A DNA stretch of 64,000 nt, taken from assembly GCA_951406725.2 (NCBI GenBank), contig OX597823.1:18290001-18354000 (forward strand), read 5' to 3'. Below, piece by piece: positions 1 to 13,113 of this stretch (its first letter is position 1; the number at the start of each line of letters is the position of its first letter). The notes under the pieces were generated by a model. It was not told the origin of the DNA. It saw nothing but the letters and a program-made list of their open reading frames with translations, and did not search any database. A program made the translations under genes and the position numbers. Origin of the DNA: Octopus vulgaris. Its lineage: Eukaryota.

Positions 1-314
1 TTAACTAAACAGTTTGAAATTTCGTATGGTAGTGGAATATCTCACGCAGAACACGGTTTACTTTGAACATTTTTGACAAAATTTAGTATTTTAGAAGTTG
101 AACAGATCCCATTTTCCTTTTGTGGCAAAATATGCACCTAATTCAATAAAATTATGAAGGTTACTCTGATTACTATGCATAAAATGCAAAATATTTTATT
201 TTTTTTGTAAATTAGGTAAGCATAATTGGCCCCTGTTTTTCAATCTCAGTATTAAAGCCATGCATAGTACTTCTGCAGTACACATGCTGCGTACACTCCT
301 ACAACACCATTTTA

Positions 315-522
315 TTTTTGGATAGACTTGTGACTGGTGATGAAAAATGGGTCTTCTATCAAAATGTTAAATGTTGTAAACAGTGGCTTGGTAAACGGGA
401 ACCAGCTCAACCACAACCGAGAAGGGAACTTCATGGGAAAAGGTTCTTTTCTCTGTCTGGTGGGATTGCACAGGAGTAATTCACTTTGAATTGTTACCAC
501 CTAATGCAACAATCAATGCTCA
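315..522 (+). mobile_element. Mariner transposase remnant (frameshifted)
   Basis: Translates FLDRLVTGDEKWVFYQNVK..QW..P.P..LH, then after a frameshift GVIHFELLPPNATINA; GDEKW is the first catalytic Asp motif of mariner transposases. Confidence 0.85.
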
Positions 523-840
523 AAGTCCCATAGGTTACTGTGTATTGAGCACCATTGAGAAAAGCACCAACCACTTTGTCTGCAACACCAAGGCCGAGCT
601 GGTGTCCAAGATCAAGGTGTTCAAAGGTCTTCCCAGAGACACAGTGAGGTTCCAAAATCCTTTTGAGGTTGTGGTGGAAGTTGAGGGTGGTTACTTTGAG
701 TAAACTGTTATTTCTCAGTCATAATCTGGTTGATATTATTTGATTTTTTTAAAAATAATTTTATTTTTAGGTGAGATATTGTTTTCTTTTCCTTTTATGC
801 AAACTGTCAAATTTAGCCTGAACACCCTGTATGTATACAG

Positions 841-1055
841 GCATGTGTGTGTGTGTTTTTGTGTTTGTCCCCCATCACCACCACTAGTTGACAACCGGTG
901 TTGGTTCATTTACATCCCCATTACTCTGCAATTCAGAAAAGGAGACAAATAGAATAAGTATTAGACTTTAAGAAAAAAAAATTAGTGAGGGCAATTTCTT
1001 TGACTTATGACTGTCGTCCAATGATTGAAACAAGTAAAATATAAAAGATAAAGAG
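841..1055 (+). mobile_element. SINE family A, 3' half (degenerate)
   Basis: tttgtcccc..gacaaccggtgttgg..tagaataagta..tgaaacaagtaaaa matches the full copy at 16237-16651. Confidence 0.75.
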
Positions 1056-1285
1056 ATAAAAACAAAAAGAAACAACAAATATGGTTTGTTATTGATGACT
1101 TGAAACAAAAAAAAAAATTGTCTTTATTAAAACCAACTGACACAACTTGCTACAAAATCTCATTGTGGAGAACATGGCCACAAACAAGACCACAACTGTA
1201 GTCTCTTTGCAGTCTTTCACTGTCTTTTTTGTTCTTTATGTGTGTGCAAATTTTTCATGTCACAACTGTGAGAAATCTTTATTTC

Positions 1286-1329
<44 letters not shown>

Positions 1330-2248
1330 TTATTCAGTTTGTTTAGCCTTCACAGCTAAGGACATATTGAAACACCACCATGTTTGTGTGCATGTATGTA
1401 TGCCTGGATATATATGCTTGTATGTGTGTGTGTGTGTATATGTATGTGTGCCTATATGAGTATGTTTTCTTCACATTTCTAAATTCAAATGCATGGTGTG
1501 TGTATGTGATTATAGATATTGACAAATCATGGTTTGTAATTGACGGTGATATGTGCACTGGGCTGACACCAGCTGAAGGTGTGCAACAACCGTTGAATTA
1601 TTGACACAGAAACTTAAAGTCTTGAATGTAAGTCTCTATACCTGTATTATTTGATACACACACAGACACTCACACATGCAAGCACAGATACATTCATATG
1701 ATTGCTCAAACATACAAACTCATACTGACAGTTGGGATGTCATGAAATATCCACATATACAAATCAGTTAACTTTACATTTACACACGCACACACACACA
1801 CACATACTTATACACACAAGAGAGAAGACAAAGAATATTTAGGAAATATATCCAATGAAAGGTTGATATGTTCATCATGTTCTCATATTTTTGCTTCCAT
1901 TTTTATTTTTGTCTTTTATGCTTTTACATCTACCATTTCTACCATTTCATCATCAAAAATGAAATGCTTCATTATTAATATTTTAATTTGGTGAGGAGAG
2001 GGTAGAATCCTCGTGTGAGTGTGAAAATTAGTAAAATTCAGCAATTTACATATCGTTGGAGTAATACCCTTCATCACTGCTAACCACACAAACCCTAGAT
2101 AGCACATAAGACCTGGTTTGTCATTAGAGAGAAGTGATTCATACAGAGTTACACGAAACTCAATGGTAGTTGGTTGCTTGCTTAGTCATTTAGTACCGAT
2201 GGTAATATTTTGAATCAGTTCATGTTTGATCTCATAACCATCATTACC

Positions 2249-2481
2249 TATTTCTTTATTACCCACAAGGGGCTAAACATAGAGTGGACAAACAAGGACA
2301 GACATAGGTATTATGTCAATTACATCGACCCCAGTGCGTAACTGGTACTTAATTTATCGACCCTGAAAGGATGAAAGGCAAAGTCGACCTCGGCGGAATT
2401 TGAATTCACAACGTAACGGCAGACGAAGTACCGCAAAGCATTTTGCCCGGTGTGCTAACGCTTCTGCTAGCTCGCCGCCTT
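2249..2481 (-). mobile_element. SINE family B, full copy
   Basis: Minus-strand head aaggcggcgagctagcagaagcgttagc, core gaggtcgactttgcctttcatcctttc; 15-bp TSD with one mismatch (2234-2248 and 2482-2496). Confidence 0.85.
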
Positions 2482-3075
2482 ATAACCAACATTACCAACA
2501 TTTCCGCAATACCTCCACACACCTTGCTTGACAAGGGACATAGAGGAGTAGCTTTGACCCTTTGCAGAAGAAATACCCAAGGCCTTTGTAACCCCCACCT
2601 TATGGTTTCGGACAAACAACATTGCTCCAGGAACACACGATGTATCAAAATCTACAGAAAAAAATTGCATTGTTGCACCTTTCAGTTTTGAAAGCATTTT
2701 ACAGAAGTAAATCAATTGTTGTAAAAATATTGTTGGTGGTGGAGTTTTTTTTTTTTTTCTGAATGTCCTTGTGGGTGAAGGGGCTCCTTTTTTTCAACTT
2801 TTCTGGAATGTTTGAGTTGTAAATAAATAAGAGAAGAAATACCCTTACTCAGATTGTTTTTGGGTGGGTTGCGAAAAAAAAAAAAGTATCCATTAGAAAA
2901 TGGAATGTTATTTTGTTACTTTTTTTGTATGTATATATGTATGTGTATATATATATATATTTCTTCTTCCATATATAAATTGTAATGAAAGCAAGGTGAA
3001 TTTTGTTATTAAATTATAAACTTTGTTAGTTTTTCATTATTATTATTATTATTATTATTATTGTTGTTGTTGTTA

Positions 3076-3112
<37 letters not shown>

Positions 3113-4257
3113 ATTAAAATCCATTCGGCAGTCATTTACTACAAAATGTATTTAAGAAAAATAAAATAATCATTGACAATTCAACAGATATTTGTGGTTG
3201 AAGGCATGGATTGACTTTCTGATATGTTTTTTTGTTGTTGTTTTTTTCTTGCTTTAGCTTTAGGTCTAGCTCCAGGTCTGTCACAATCAAGCTGACCTGT
3301 GATAAAAGTAGATCATTCCAGCTGTAACCATCCTGCCTTTTTTTAATCTGATACATTGTAGTCTTCATTTTAAGACAGTGAGGTATGATGTAAAGGATCT
3401 TATATAACCACATAATGGTTTCAGTTCTTCTCATTTGCTTTCTGCACTTATTGACAATGAGACTTATGGTATGTGTGGTGGTGGTGGTGGTGGTGGTTAA
3501 ATTATATTTAAAAATTTGCATGTAAATTAGCAGAGCAAGAACAGTAAGTGAGAGCGTGTGTGTGTCCTTTTACTAGTTTCAGTTATAGGACTGTGACCTT
3601 GCCAGAGCACCATTTTCAAGAATTTTAGTCACTTGTATATTATCAAATATATTTTCTCATTAAGGGATTGAGGCTAAAGTTGAATTAACAAACTATTCCC
3701 AGGATAATTACAGGTGAATATTTCTTTGATATCTCTCACCTCAATATTTGAACTAATAGAGTCAATTCAAGGCTCACCCCTAATACATGTGATATATCTG
3801 ATGAACTTCAAAGGGGCCATATGAAATACTGTCATACATTTACTCTAATTCTGTACTAGCTTTGTCATCTTTTCTGTCTTCTATGAATATAGTTTGAGGA
3901 AACGACAGGTTTAAAAAAAAATTTCTAATGAACTGACCACAGCAAATTACATGTACATTTCTTATTACCCTTTCATCTCCAAAGGAATGAAGCACAAAGC
4001 GAGAAAACTATATAAGGTATTCAGTCTTGTTGGTATTCTGTTCATTCCGCAAACCTCATCATCTTCTATGAATTCCAATAATGGAAATAATTTTCCCAGT
4101 ATGTCTTTTATCCTCCAGGAGAGATGAAGGTAAAAACTACCTCAGGCTGGATTTGAACCTGAACCATAATTAGATATGACTAAATGGTGTAAAAGATTTT
4201 TCTGTTTTTTCAATTTTTGTTTCCAGCACTACCAAATCTACCATCCACTGCTCAACA

Positions 4258-4288
<31 letters not shown>

Positions 4289-4294
4289 GTAATG

Positions 4295-4332
<38 letters not shown>

Positions 4333-4333
4333 T

Positions 4334-4374
<41 letters not shown>

Positions 4375-4375
4375 T

Positions 4376-4413
<38 letters not shown>
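4258..4413. repeat. (AAT)n microsatellite
   Basis: Direct reading. Confidence 0.95.
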
Positions 4414-4414
<1 letters not shown>

Positions 4415-4810
4415 GTGAAGTGGCTAGTTATTTAGTAGAGTAATTGTGAATGTTCATTAATGTCAGTTGCTACATCAAAATATACACAGATCTGATTTAA
4501 AACAAATAAAACAAAAACACATCTCAATTAATTAACAAAACAGTGATTATGATAATAATGGTGATAATGTTGGTTATTGATGGTGAGTATAATAATGGTA
4601 CCGATGATGATGGTGATGATGATGGAAATTATGAAGTTTATTACACGGGTTTATGAAACAGCAGTTTTGCTCTGATCAAAAGCAGGCTGTATGTGTATGT
4701 GTATGCTTGTGTGTGTGTGTGTGTGTGTACATTTATTATATGTGCATGTGTGTGTTTCTAGGAGTGTATGTCTACATGTGTTTAATCTGTGTGTATGCAT
4801 GCGCATGTGG

Positions 4811-5116
4811 GTTGTTTGTTCCTTCTCGAGCCATGCCTGGCTCATAAGGGCCGGTTTCCCGGTTTCTTGGCGTATAGGTTCCCCACCTGGACGGGACGCC
4901 AGTCCGTCGCAGGTGAGCTGCAAGATGCAGGAGGAAAGAGTGAGAGAAAGTTGTGGCGGAAGAGTCAACAGAAGTTTCGCCATTTACCTTCTGCCGGAGC
5001 CGCGTGGAGCTTAGGTGTTTCGCTCATAAACGCACACATCGTCCGTTCTGAGATTCGAACCCACAATCCCTCGACCGTGAGTCCGCTGCTCTAACCACCA
5101 GGCCATGTGCCTCCAC
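4811..5116 (-). mobile_element. SINE family C (tRNA head, V-domain-like core)
   Basis: A box tggcctggtgg, B box ggttcgaatc, core cctgcgacggactggcgtcccgtccagg; second copy at 32600-32906. Confidence 0.85.
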
Positions 5117-5341
5117 GTGCATGTGTGTGCATGCATGTGTCTGCGTATTTTGCTGCGAATGTATGCCTGCATGTGTTTAATCTGCATGTGGTGTGTGTAT
5201 GTGTCTGTCTGCCTATTGTTGCTAGACCCAACAGGTTTCCATCGTCCCTTATAACTACACAGGCAGACACAATGTCAGCAACTGCTGCCGTTTAAATTAA
5301 CAATCAAAAATACATATGTCTACAACAACAACAACAACATA

Positions 5342-5384
<43 letters not shown>

Positions 5385-5681
5385 GCTTTTTTTTTCAAGT
5401 TAAACGAAAGAGTTTGAATGAGTAATTCTTTTTGTTTTGTATTTTTTCTTTCTTCTCACTCTCTCCCTCTCTCTCTTTCAAGAGAGAGAGAGAGAGAGAA
5501 GAAATGTTCTGAAAATAAATGCCAAATTCCAGCAGTTTTTTACTCTATTTTCTCTGCCATCCCCTGAGTCAAATCTTGCTAAAAAAAAATTTCATTTTTT
5601 AAATGACAACAGATTCGTCTGATCTTCCCCTGTCTGTTTGTTTCTCTCTTTCTCTCATCAACAAATACAAAAATCACACAG

Positions 5682-5712
<31 letters not shown>

Positions 5713-6604
5713 TATATGCAGCTATGTTCAACTGAAGAATTACAAGACAATATAAATTATATATATGTTACCAGTGGAAACAACTAAATTTAGATTGTCA
5801 AAAAGCAGTATTTTAGGGATAAAATTTACTTCAGATTTTTCACTTAGTCACACCCAGCCACACACCACATATATAAACATATAGAAAACGTGTTTCAAAG
5901 AAGCACATAGCTAATACAAGTTTCAAAGGTACCACAGCTAATATTATAGTTCTAATGAATAAAACCATGTTTGGAGATTTTACAAAACTGAAATTAGGAA
6001 ATTTGGCTTAGATATAATAAAATATATTCCACTTCCCATTTACTGTGACAGTAATTATACAGCAAGGATAGTCGTTATCAATCTTACTATCACTTCTGCC
6101 ACCACCATTTTAGTTTCCTATAAATACTGTACACTTTATTATACACACAGTGCCAGCCTTACCCTGCTTGTTCTACCAACATTTACTAAACATCTCTGTA
6201 CTACCCAGGGTAGCCCTGCTTTATATACCCTATCACGGTTTACCATTAAGTTATCTCTCCAACCTTGACTATACTTCATTACATATAAAGACATTCAAAG
6301 GCAGTACTTCTCCTCTTTACTTTACACACCTCTGTACTAATCAAAAACAATCCTACCTGCCCCATTTTCAATGCTTACCTTACACACTTCTACACAAAGA
6401 CAGGCCCTACTGTCTTCACTAATAATATTCACCTTACACTCATCTACACCAACCATGGCTAGCCCTAACTTTGCTTATAATATTTACTTCACCTATACAT
6501 TAACTGAGGTTTAGCCCTAACATCTCCACTTTCACTGCTTACATTACATACCTCTATATTTACTCTATTTTTCCTCCACAGTCAAGATGTAACCATCATT
6601 TTAC

Positions 6605-6650
<46 letters not shown>

Positions 6651-6786
6651 GTGAAGCGGCTAGTTATTTAGTAGAGTAATTGTGAATGTTCATTAATGTC
6701 AGTTGGATTAGACATTCATAGATCTCCCTCTACACTCGCAAAAGCTGCCCTATCAGAACTAACAAAATAATCACATCATCCCTCTT

Positions 6787-6826
<40 letters not shown>

Positions 6827-7265
6827 ATGTATGCACGCACCTGTCTGTATGACTGACCTCTGACACCGAAGACAACAAACACTTTCACAGTAACAAACTA
6901 ACAAACATCACATGGACAGATGAAATGGTTTCCTGTTGAAACTTAACAAAAACTGTCACAATTCAGCAATATCTATGTTCCTTATTGTTTTAATTATAAA
7001 TATGTTAAAAAAATATTTCTGTTATTATTGTTGTTGTTGTTGCTATTGTTGTTGTTGTTGTTGTTGTTGTTATTGTAGTTGATATACAGTCTTTGTTATT
7101 TTGTATATTCTCAGTCTTCATCTGTTTCTCTTCTGATGTTTGGTGGAACAATAAGCAGTTAGATCTGGTAAAAGAAAGCCAAAAGAAAAAAATATATATA
7201 GATATATATATATATATTTACAAATATCTATTTATATACACACAAAAATACACACACAAACATAT

Positions 7266-7350
<85 letters not shown>

Positions 7351-7394
7351 CATACAAACACATATGTATTCATAAGAACACAACACACACACAC

Positions 7395-7460
<66 letters not shown>

Positions 7461-7997
7461 CATAAAATACATTCATAAATGAAAATTTAAAGCATATTTA
7501 TATGCTTAAAATATTTTTTCACAATGTACAATAACATCAGTTTTTCACAAGTTACTATAACTGGATGATGATGGTGGTGGTGGTGGTGGTGGTGGTGGTG
7601 GTGGTGGTAGTGTGATGGTGTTGATGGTGATGTGGTGGTGGCAAGGTGCCAGAGGTTGTTAGCTGTCAGTGGCATCATCATCATCATCCTCATCACCATC
7701 ATCAATTAGAGGAGGAGGAGGAGGAGGAGGAAGAAATTCATGTTGAATATGGTGTAATCTTTTGTTCTTTTATGAGTTTCACTCTCTGGACTGTGGCCAT
7801 GCTATGGCATCACTCTGATATAACCAGTCCCAGGACTTACTTTAGGACTGGTTCTTAATCAATCGCTCTTTTTAGCTGAGCTGCTAAGTTACAGGGACAT
7901 AAACAAACCAACACAAGTTGTCAAGCAGTGAGAGACAAACACAAAATGCATGCACATGCACACACACACACACAACACATTCACATAAATGCACACA

Positions 7998-8322
7998 CAT
8001 GTTGGCATGTGAAAAAACATTCGAGCGAGGTCGTTGCCAGTGGTGCTGGACTGGCTCCTGTGCAGGTGGCATGTAAAAAACACCATTTGAGTATGGCCGT
8101 TGCCAGTACCGCCTGACTGGCCCTCATGCCAGTGGTACATAAAAGCACCCACTACACTCTCGGAGTGGTTGGCGTTAGGAAGGACATCCAGCTGTAGAAA
8201 CTCTGCCAGATCAGATTGGAGCCTGATGCAGCCATCTGGTTTGCCAGTCCTCAGTCAAATCATCCAACCCATGCTAGCATGGAAAGCGGATGTTAAACGA
8301 TGATGATGATGATGATGATGAT
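7998..8322 (+). mobile_element. RTE LINE 3' UTR fragment with (GAT)n tail
   Basis: Same terminal sequence as the ORF-bearing copy at 26248-27289. Confidence 0.85.
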
Positions 8323-8827
8323 GCAGGTCTTCCATACAATTTCTGTCAACCAAAATCACTCAAGGCATCGGTCAGTTTGGAGCCATAGTAAAAAGCATCC
8401 AGCTCCAGGGTACCATACAGTGGGACTGAACCTGAGGCTAAATGGTTGTAATGCAAACTTCTTAACCCTATCACCAAGCTTACACTTTAAAATAAAACAG
8501 CAAATGAGAGATGTCAACGATATCAGCCAAGACAATGATATAGAGATGAGCTGATGTAAGGGTCAAGCCAACAGGGGATGCAAGAAACAGCAGCTAAATT
8601 TTCCTCAAATCATAACCCATCATGTTAAAGGGCAGGGTGTGTGGGAGACATTAGAAATGTAACCCTAAATACTAGAAAATAAAAGTGGGGATGTTCATTC
8701 CCTGAAACTCCTTTCATCATAAGTTTGCTTATTCAGGATTGACCTGAGGCTAAAGAATAACAAAAACAATGACAAGAGTGATGACAACAATGTTTAAAGA
8801 GTAAGATAAATATCAAACCATGTCTGC

Positions 8828-9268
8828 CTAGTTTTCTTTTCGTTTTTGACCCGATTCCGACTTGGCATCATCTTCTCCAACAAGATCAGGGAAAACGGGT
8901 TGATTTTCATTATCAGGACTACTTGATTTCTTTACGACATTTTCCCAAAATGTCGCCTTTGCTGCTGTCCCTCCTTTTAATGTACCCGTCTCTTCCGTTT
9001 CAGAAGGTTCATGTTGGAGTTGATGAAGAACAGTAGCATCAGCAGCAGGAGATTGCAAACCTGGAGCTACAGGTGCCAGAGACTTCTTGGTAGATTTTGT
9101 AATGATGTCAGTGCCACCTGGTGGCCCTGGTGCAGGGATTGTTTTAAGACTTGGCCGTGGTCGTTGTGTAGGTTTGCCGTCGAGTGAGATGGTCGAGATT
9201 CCACTCTTCTCGCTTTTTAAGTTCTCCATCTGAAGTTTTGATAAACTCCGAGCTGTGATGCTGTGAAT
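8828..9268 (-). CDS. Probable last coding exon of MyRIP/melanophilin-like gene (IHSITARSLSK...KRKEN*)
   Basis: Acceptor ttttttcag at 9270-9269, 441 nt open frame, non-repetitive, phase 0 as for upstream exons, TAG at 8830-8828. Linkage across the 39 kb intron is inferred. Confidence 0.8.
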   Translation of the reverse strand: MHSITARSLSKLQMENLKSEKSGISTISLDGKPTQRPRPSLKTIPAPGPPGGTDIITKSTKKSLAPVAPGLQSPAADATVLHQLQHEPSETEETGTLKGGTAAKATFWENVVKKSSSPDNENQPVFPDLVGEDDAKSESGQKRKEN

Positions 9269-9491
9269 CTGAAAAAACATTCAGAAAGGAAAAGAAGAAA
9301 TTAGATTTTTTAATGTATAACATTTAAACGTAGTTCAAGATAAACCTATGGAATTTACATATGTAGGACATGTATACGGATACAAATATGCACTCACATA
9401 CATACATGCACACCAATTTGTGTGTGGGTAGATATGTCTGCTATTCATACACACATATATATATGTATGTATATGTGTACATTGTGTGTGT

Positions 9492-9539
<48 letters not shown>

Positions 9540-9647
9540 ATAAATATTAGGGAATAAATCCAAAATTACAGGGAAAAAAAATCAGATTTAGGATTAAATC
9601 CAATTTTATAGTAAAATATTATAAAATATTATTAGATATATGTATAT

Positions 9648-10076
9648 ATGGCACGTAGCACCATCTGTTCATGGCCGTTGCCAGCCTGGCCTGGCCCCTG
9701 TGCCGGTGGCATGTAAAAGCACCATCTGTTCGTGGCCATTGCCAGCCTCGCCTGGCCCCCATGCCGGTGGCACGTAAAAAGCACCATCCGATCGTGGCCG
9801 TTGCCAGCCTCGCCTGGCCCCCGTGCCGGTGGCACGTAAAAAGCACCATCCGTCCGTGGCCGTTTGCCAGCTCCATCTGGCACCTGTGCGGGTAGCATGT
9901 AAAAAGCACCCACTACACTCACGGAGTGGTTGGCGTTAGGAAGGGCATCCAGCTGTAGAAACACTGCGAGATCAGACTGGGCCTGATGCAGCCTTCTGGC
10001 TTCACAGACCCCAGTTGAACCGTCCAACCCATGCTAGCATGGAAAGCGGACACTAAATGATGATGATGATGATGAT
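9648..10076 (+). mobile_element. RTE 3' UTR fragment with ~4 tandem 60-62 bp units
   Basis: Repeated gtgccggtggcacgtaaaaagcacc units, then ggaagggcatccagc and (GAT)n. Confidence 0.9.
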
Positions 10077-10439
10077 ACATACATGATTTTGTTGTTATGC
10101 ATATGAATACCTGTGTGGGTAGATGTGTGCATGCAGGTTAGGTATGTGTACATGAAAGTCTGTGTATATGTGTTTATGTATGTGTAGTATAATATAGAAG
10201 GGAGCAAAGTGTTGTGTGTGTATGTTGTGAGAGAGAGAGAGAGAGAAAGAGTAAGAGAGAGCAACCTGTCGTTTGAGCAAGAAGTTAATGCTGGAGGTTT
10301 TCGTCTCTAACATACAAAACTAAACAGTGCAGTTGAATATAGTGTACAATGAACATTCAAAAATTAAAATTGAACTCAACAAAAAATAAAGAAAACATAA
10401 AGAGAATAAAAAATGCAGGCATAAAAAAAACAAAATTGA

Positions 10440-10502
<63 letters not shown>

Positions 10503-10507
10503 ATAAT

Positions 10508-10883
10508 AACAAGGGCACTCAGAGAGCGCAAACCTCCGCCAAGGCAACATCAACGTCCTCTCAACAATTAGCCAGAGATAATTTTTAGAATGAGAATATC
10601 TGAAATAAACTTGACTGCTCTCACAAATGAGAATACTAAAAATGAACCTGACTGCTCTCAAAAATTAAGCAAAAAAACAGGAAAAATAATCCAGAATCCT
10701 TGTCTGGTACTGGATTGATCCCAAAATCTGATCAGTTCATGCCAGTCATGAGGCCAAACATCCCTGAAAGTTTCATCTGAATCCATCCATTTAGATATCT
10801 TGTCCATAGACAAACAAACAGATGAAACTGACTGAAAACAATACCTCCGCCTACCTCCGCCTTCGGTAAGGTGGAGGTATTAA
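10508..10883 (-). mobile_element. Helentron-associated (HINE/DINE-1-like) non-autonomous element
   Basis: Subterminal repeat acctccgcc at both ends, terminal stem-loop gcactcagagagcgc, TT-type flanks on the minus strand, caaa repeat near one end. Confidence 0.7.
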
Positions 10884-11334
10884 CCGCAGTCAAAGACATT
10901 CCTCAAATGTCTCTTAAAAACAGAAATTAACAGAGAGAGACAAGCATTTAAGGATGGAGAAAAATACTCATTGACATTTCTGTGAAATTACTATTATTAG
11001 CTTTCGTTTCTTTGTTTACTTAACTTTAGCAGAATCTGGCATTTTAGAATTTAGATTATTTCTTCATCTACACAAAGACTTTTGTAAAAAAAACCAAAAA
11101 TAGTTTTCTAAATTTGTAAATTTTTTTCATGCAAAATAAAAAAAAAAAAATGCAAAAATATAAATGTCCTATATATGAAAGTACAATTATATTTAAAATG
11201 CTTGTGTACACTTCGATGTGGGAAGAGGTTTAGCTGCAAAAAGTTCTCCTCATAGAAAACAAATGCAAAAATATATTATTAGGTTATGAATGACGCCAGC
11301 AGATTCTAGAATTCATATGTTTTGGTATTATTAT

Positions 11335-11339
<5 letters not shown>

Positions 11340-11366
<27 letters not shown>

Positions 11367-11680
11367 GTTGTCATTGTCATCGTTTAACGTCTGCTTTCCA
11401 TGGTGGCACTAAGGACTGGCAAGCCAGGAGGCTGCACCAGGCTCCAGTTTGATCTACCAAGGTTTCTATAGCTGGATGCCCTTCCTAATGCCAACCACTC
11501 CAAGAGTTGCTTTTTACGTGCCGCTGGCACGGGGTCCAATTTGCCGGCACTGGCATCATCCATGCTCAAATGGTGCTCTTTATATGCCACCAGCACAGGA
11601 GCCAGTCAGGTGGCACTGGCATTAACCACACTCAAATGGTGATATTTACGTGCCACCAGTATGGGTGCCAGTCAGGCATC
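11340..11680 (-). mobile_element. RTE 3' UTR fragment
   Basis: (ATC)n cgtttaacgtc..gctggatgcccttcctaatgccaaccac. Confidence 0.85.
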
Positions 11681-12069
11681 AGTCATTTACAGCTCTGTTA
11701 AAAACAGTTGTTCTTATATATTATATAGAACAGCAAATTATACATTTGCTGATGGGCAAAGCTTGCTCAAGCTAAACATATATTTCAGTCAACACTGCTT
11801 TGTGTGCCTCTAGTTAACTAATTTCAACAAGTTCTGTAGAATTTCCATCTTAGTTGCTGACAGACTGACTTCTATGGCTATTGATCTGATATCCTCAATC
11901 ACATCGTTAGGATTTCTCATCTTCTATCATGGTGGTGGTAGAAAGATGAACATACCAAGCTGGGAATGAGGTGGCATAAAAAGGAAAAAACTTTAACCAT
12001 CTCTTAAGTAAATACAGTAAGTTAGCACAAAAAGAGTATAAGTGCTAGCATGACTGTGTTGGTAAGAGA

Positions 12070-12413
12070 GTGCAGTGGGATGTTAGTCAAATGTAGGATT
12101 TAAAGTGACAAAAGAGTAATGTGAATATGAGAGTGATGGTGAACAATAATTACAAGTTGGAGAAATCCCATAAAATCCTGTAAAAGACAGGTCACACTAT
12201 TGAAGTAAGAAGACCAGATATGATTGTAGAGAACAAAAATGGGTGCAGGCATGGCTGTGTGGTAAGAAGCTTGCTTCCCAACCACATGGTTCCAGGTTCA
12301 GTTCCACCACGTGGCACCTTGGACAAGTGTCTTCTACTATAAACTCAGGCCAACCAAAACCTTATGTGTGGATTTGGTAGATGGAAACTGAAAGAAATTT
12401 GTTGTGTGAGAGT

Positions 12414-12458
<45 letters not shown>

Positions 12459-12960
12459 TGTGTGTGTGTGAGTGTATGTCATCACTGTTTGACAACCGGT
12501 GTTGGTGTGCTTACATCCCCATAACTTAGCAGTTCAGCAAAACAGACCAATAGAATAAGTGGTAGGCTTTAAAAGAGTAAGTCCAGGGGTCGGTTTGTAT
12601 GACTAAAACCCTTTAAGGCAATGCCGCAGCATGGCCGCAGTCAAATCACTGAAACAAGTTAAAGAATAAAAGAATAACATGATAAGAGAGTGGACATCAA
12701 AGAAATTCAGAAAACTGAGAAATGTGACAAATATCAGAACCTAACCAGAGAGATAAAGAAATTGTGGAAGATAAAGGTAACAATTGTTCCTTTGGTAATT
12801 GGTGCACTTGGCACACCCACTCTGATACCCAAGAGGCTGAAAGGTATTGGAATTGAGACATGGATCACCAATCTGCAGAAAAATACAATCCCCTATTCTG
12901 CAAGAATCCTAAAACAAGATTCTTGAGATTTGATGCTGTCACCAAATCTCAAGAAAACAT
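12070..12960 (+). mobile_element. R4/Dong-like RLE non-LTR retrotransposon remnant, split by a SINE
   Basis: TGHTIEVRRPDMIVENK before the SINE and KYQNLTREIKKLWKIKVTIVPLVIGALG..LQK..SARIL after it (restriction-like endonuclease C-terminus); followed by (AAT)n. Confidence 0.8.
12242..12675 (+). mobile_element. SINE family A, full copy
   Basis: A box tggctgtgtgg, B-box-like ggttcagttcc, ccttggacaagt core, internal (TG)n, A-rich tail. Confidence 0.9.
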
Positions 12961-13004
12961 TCCTGTTAAGAAAAGTGGCATGTAATATATGCTAACTAGT
13001 GTAT

Positions 13005-13094
<90 letters not shown>

Positions 13095-13113
13095 AATAAT
13101 AATAATAATAAAT

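Noticed and set aside
491-703. 70 aa ORF
   Set aside because: Begins in the mariner remnant and has no coherent continuation or splice support.
1123-1128. AATAAA on the minus strand followed by a T-rich tract, as the gene's poly(A) site
   Set aside because: 7.7 kb from the stop codon, and the hexamer is common in this AT-rich sequence.
9632-10027. Recurrent ORFs containing FLQLDALPNANH or DGLLSVSVYQIHSQGFG
   Set aside because: Translations of RTE UTR and SINE A copies, not a protein family.
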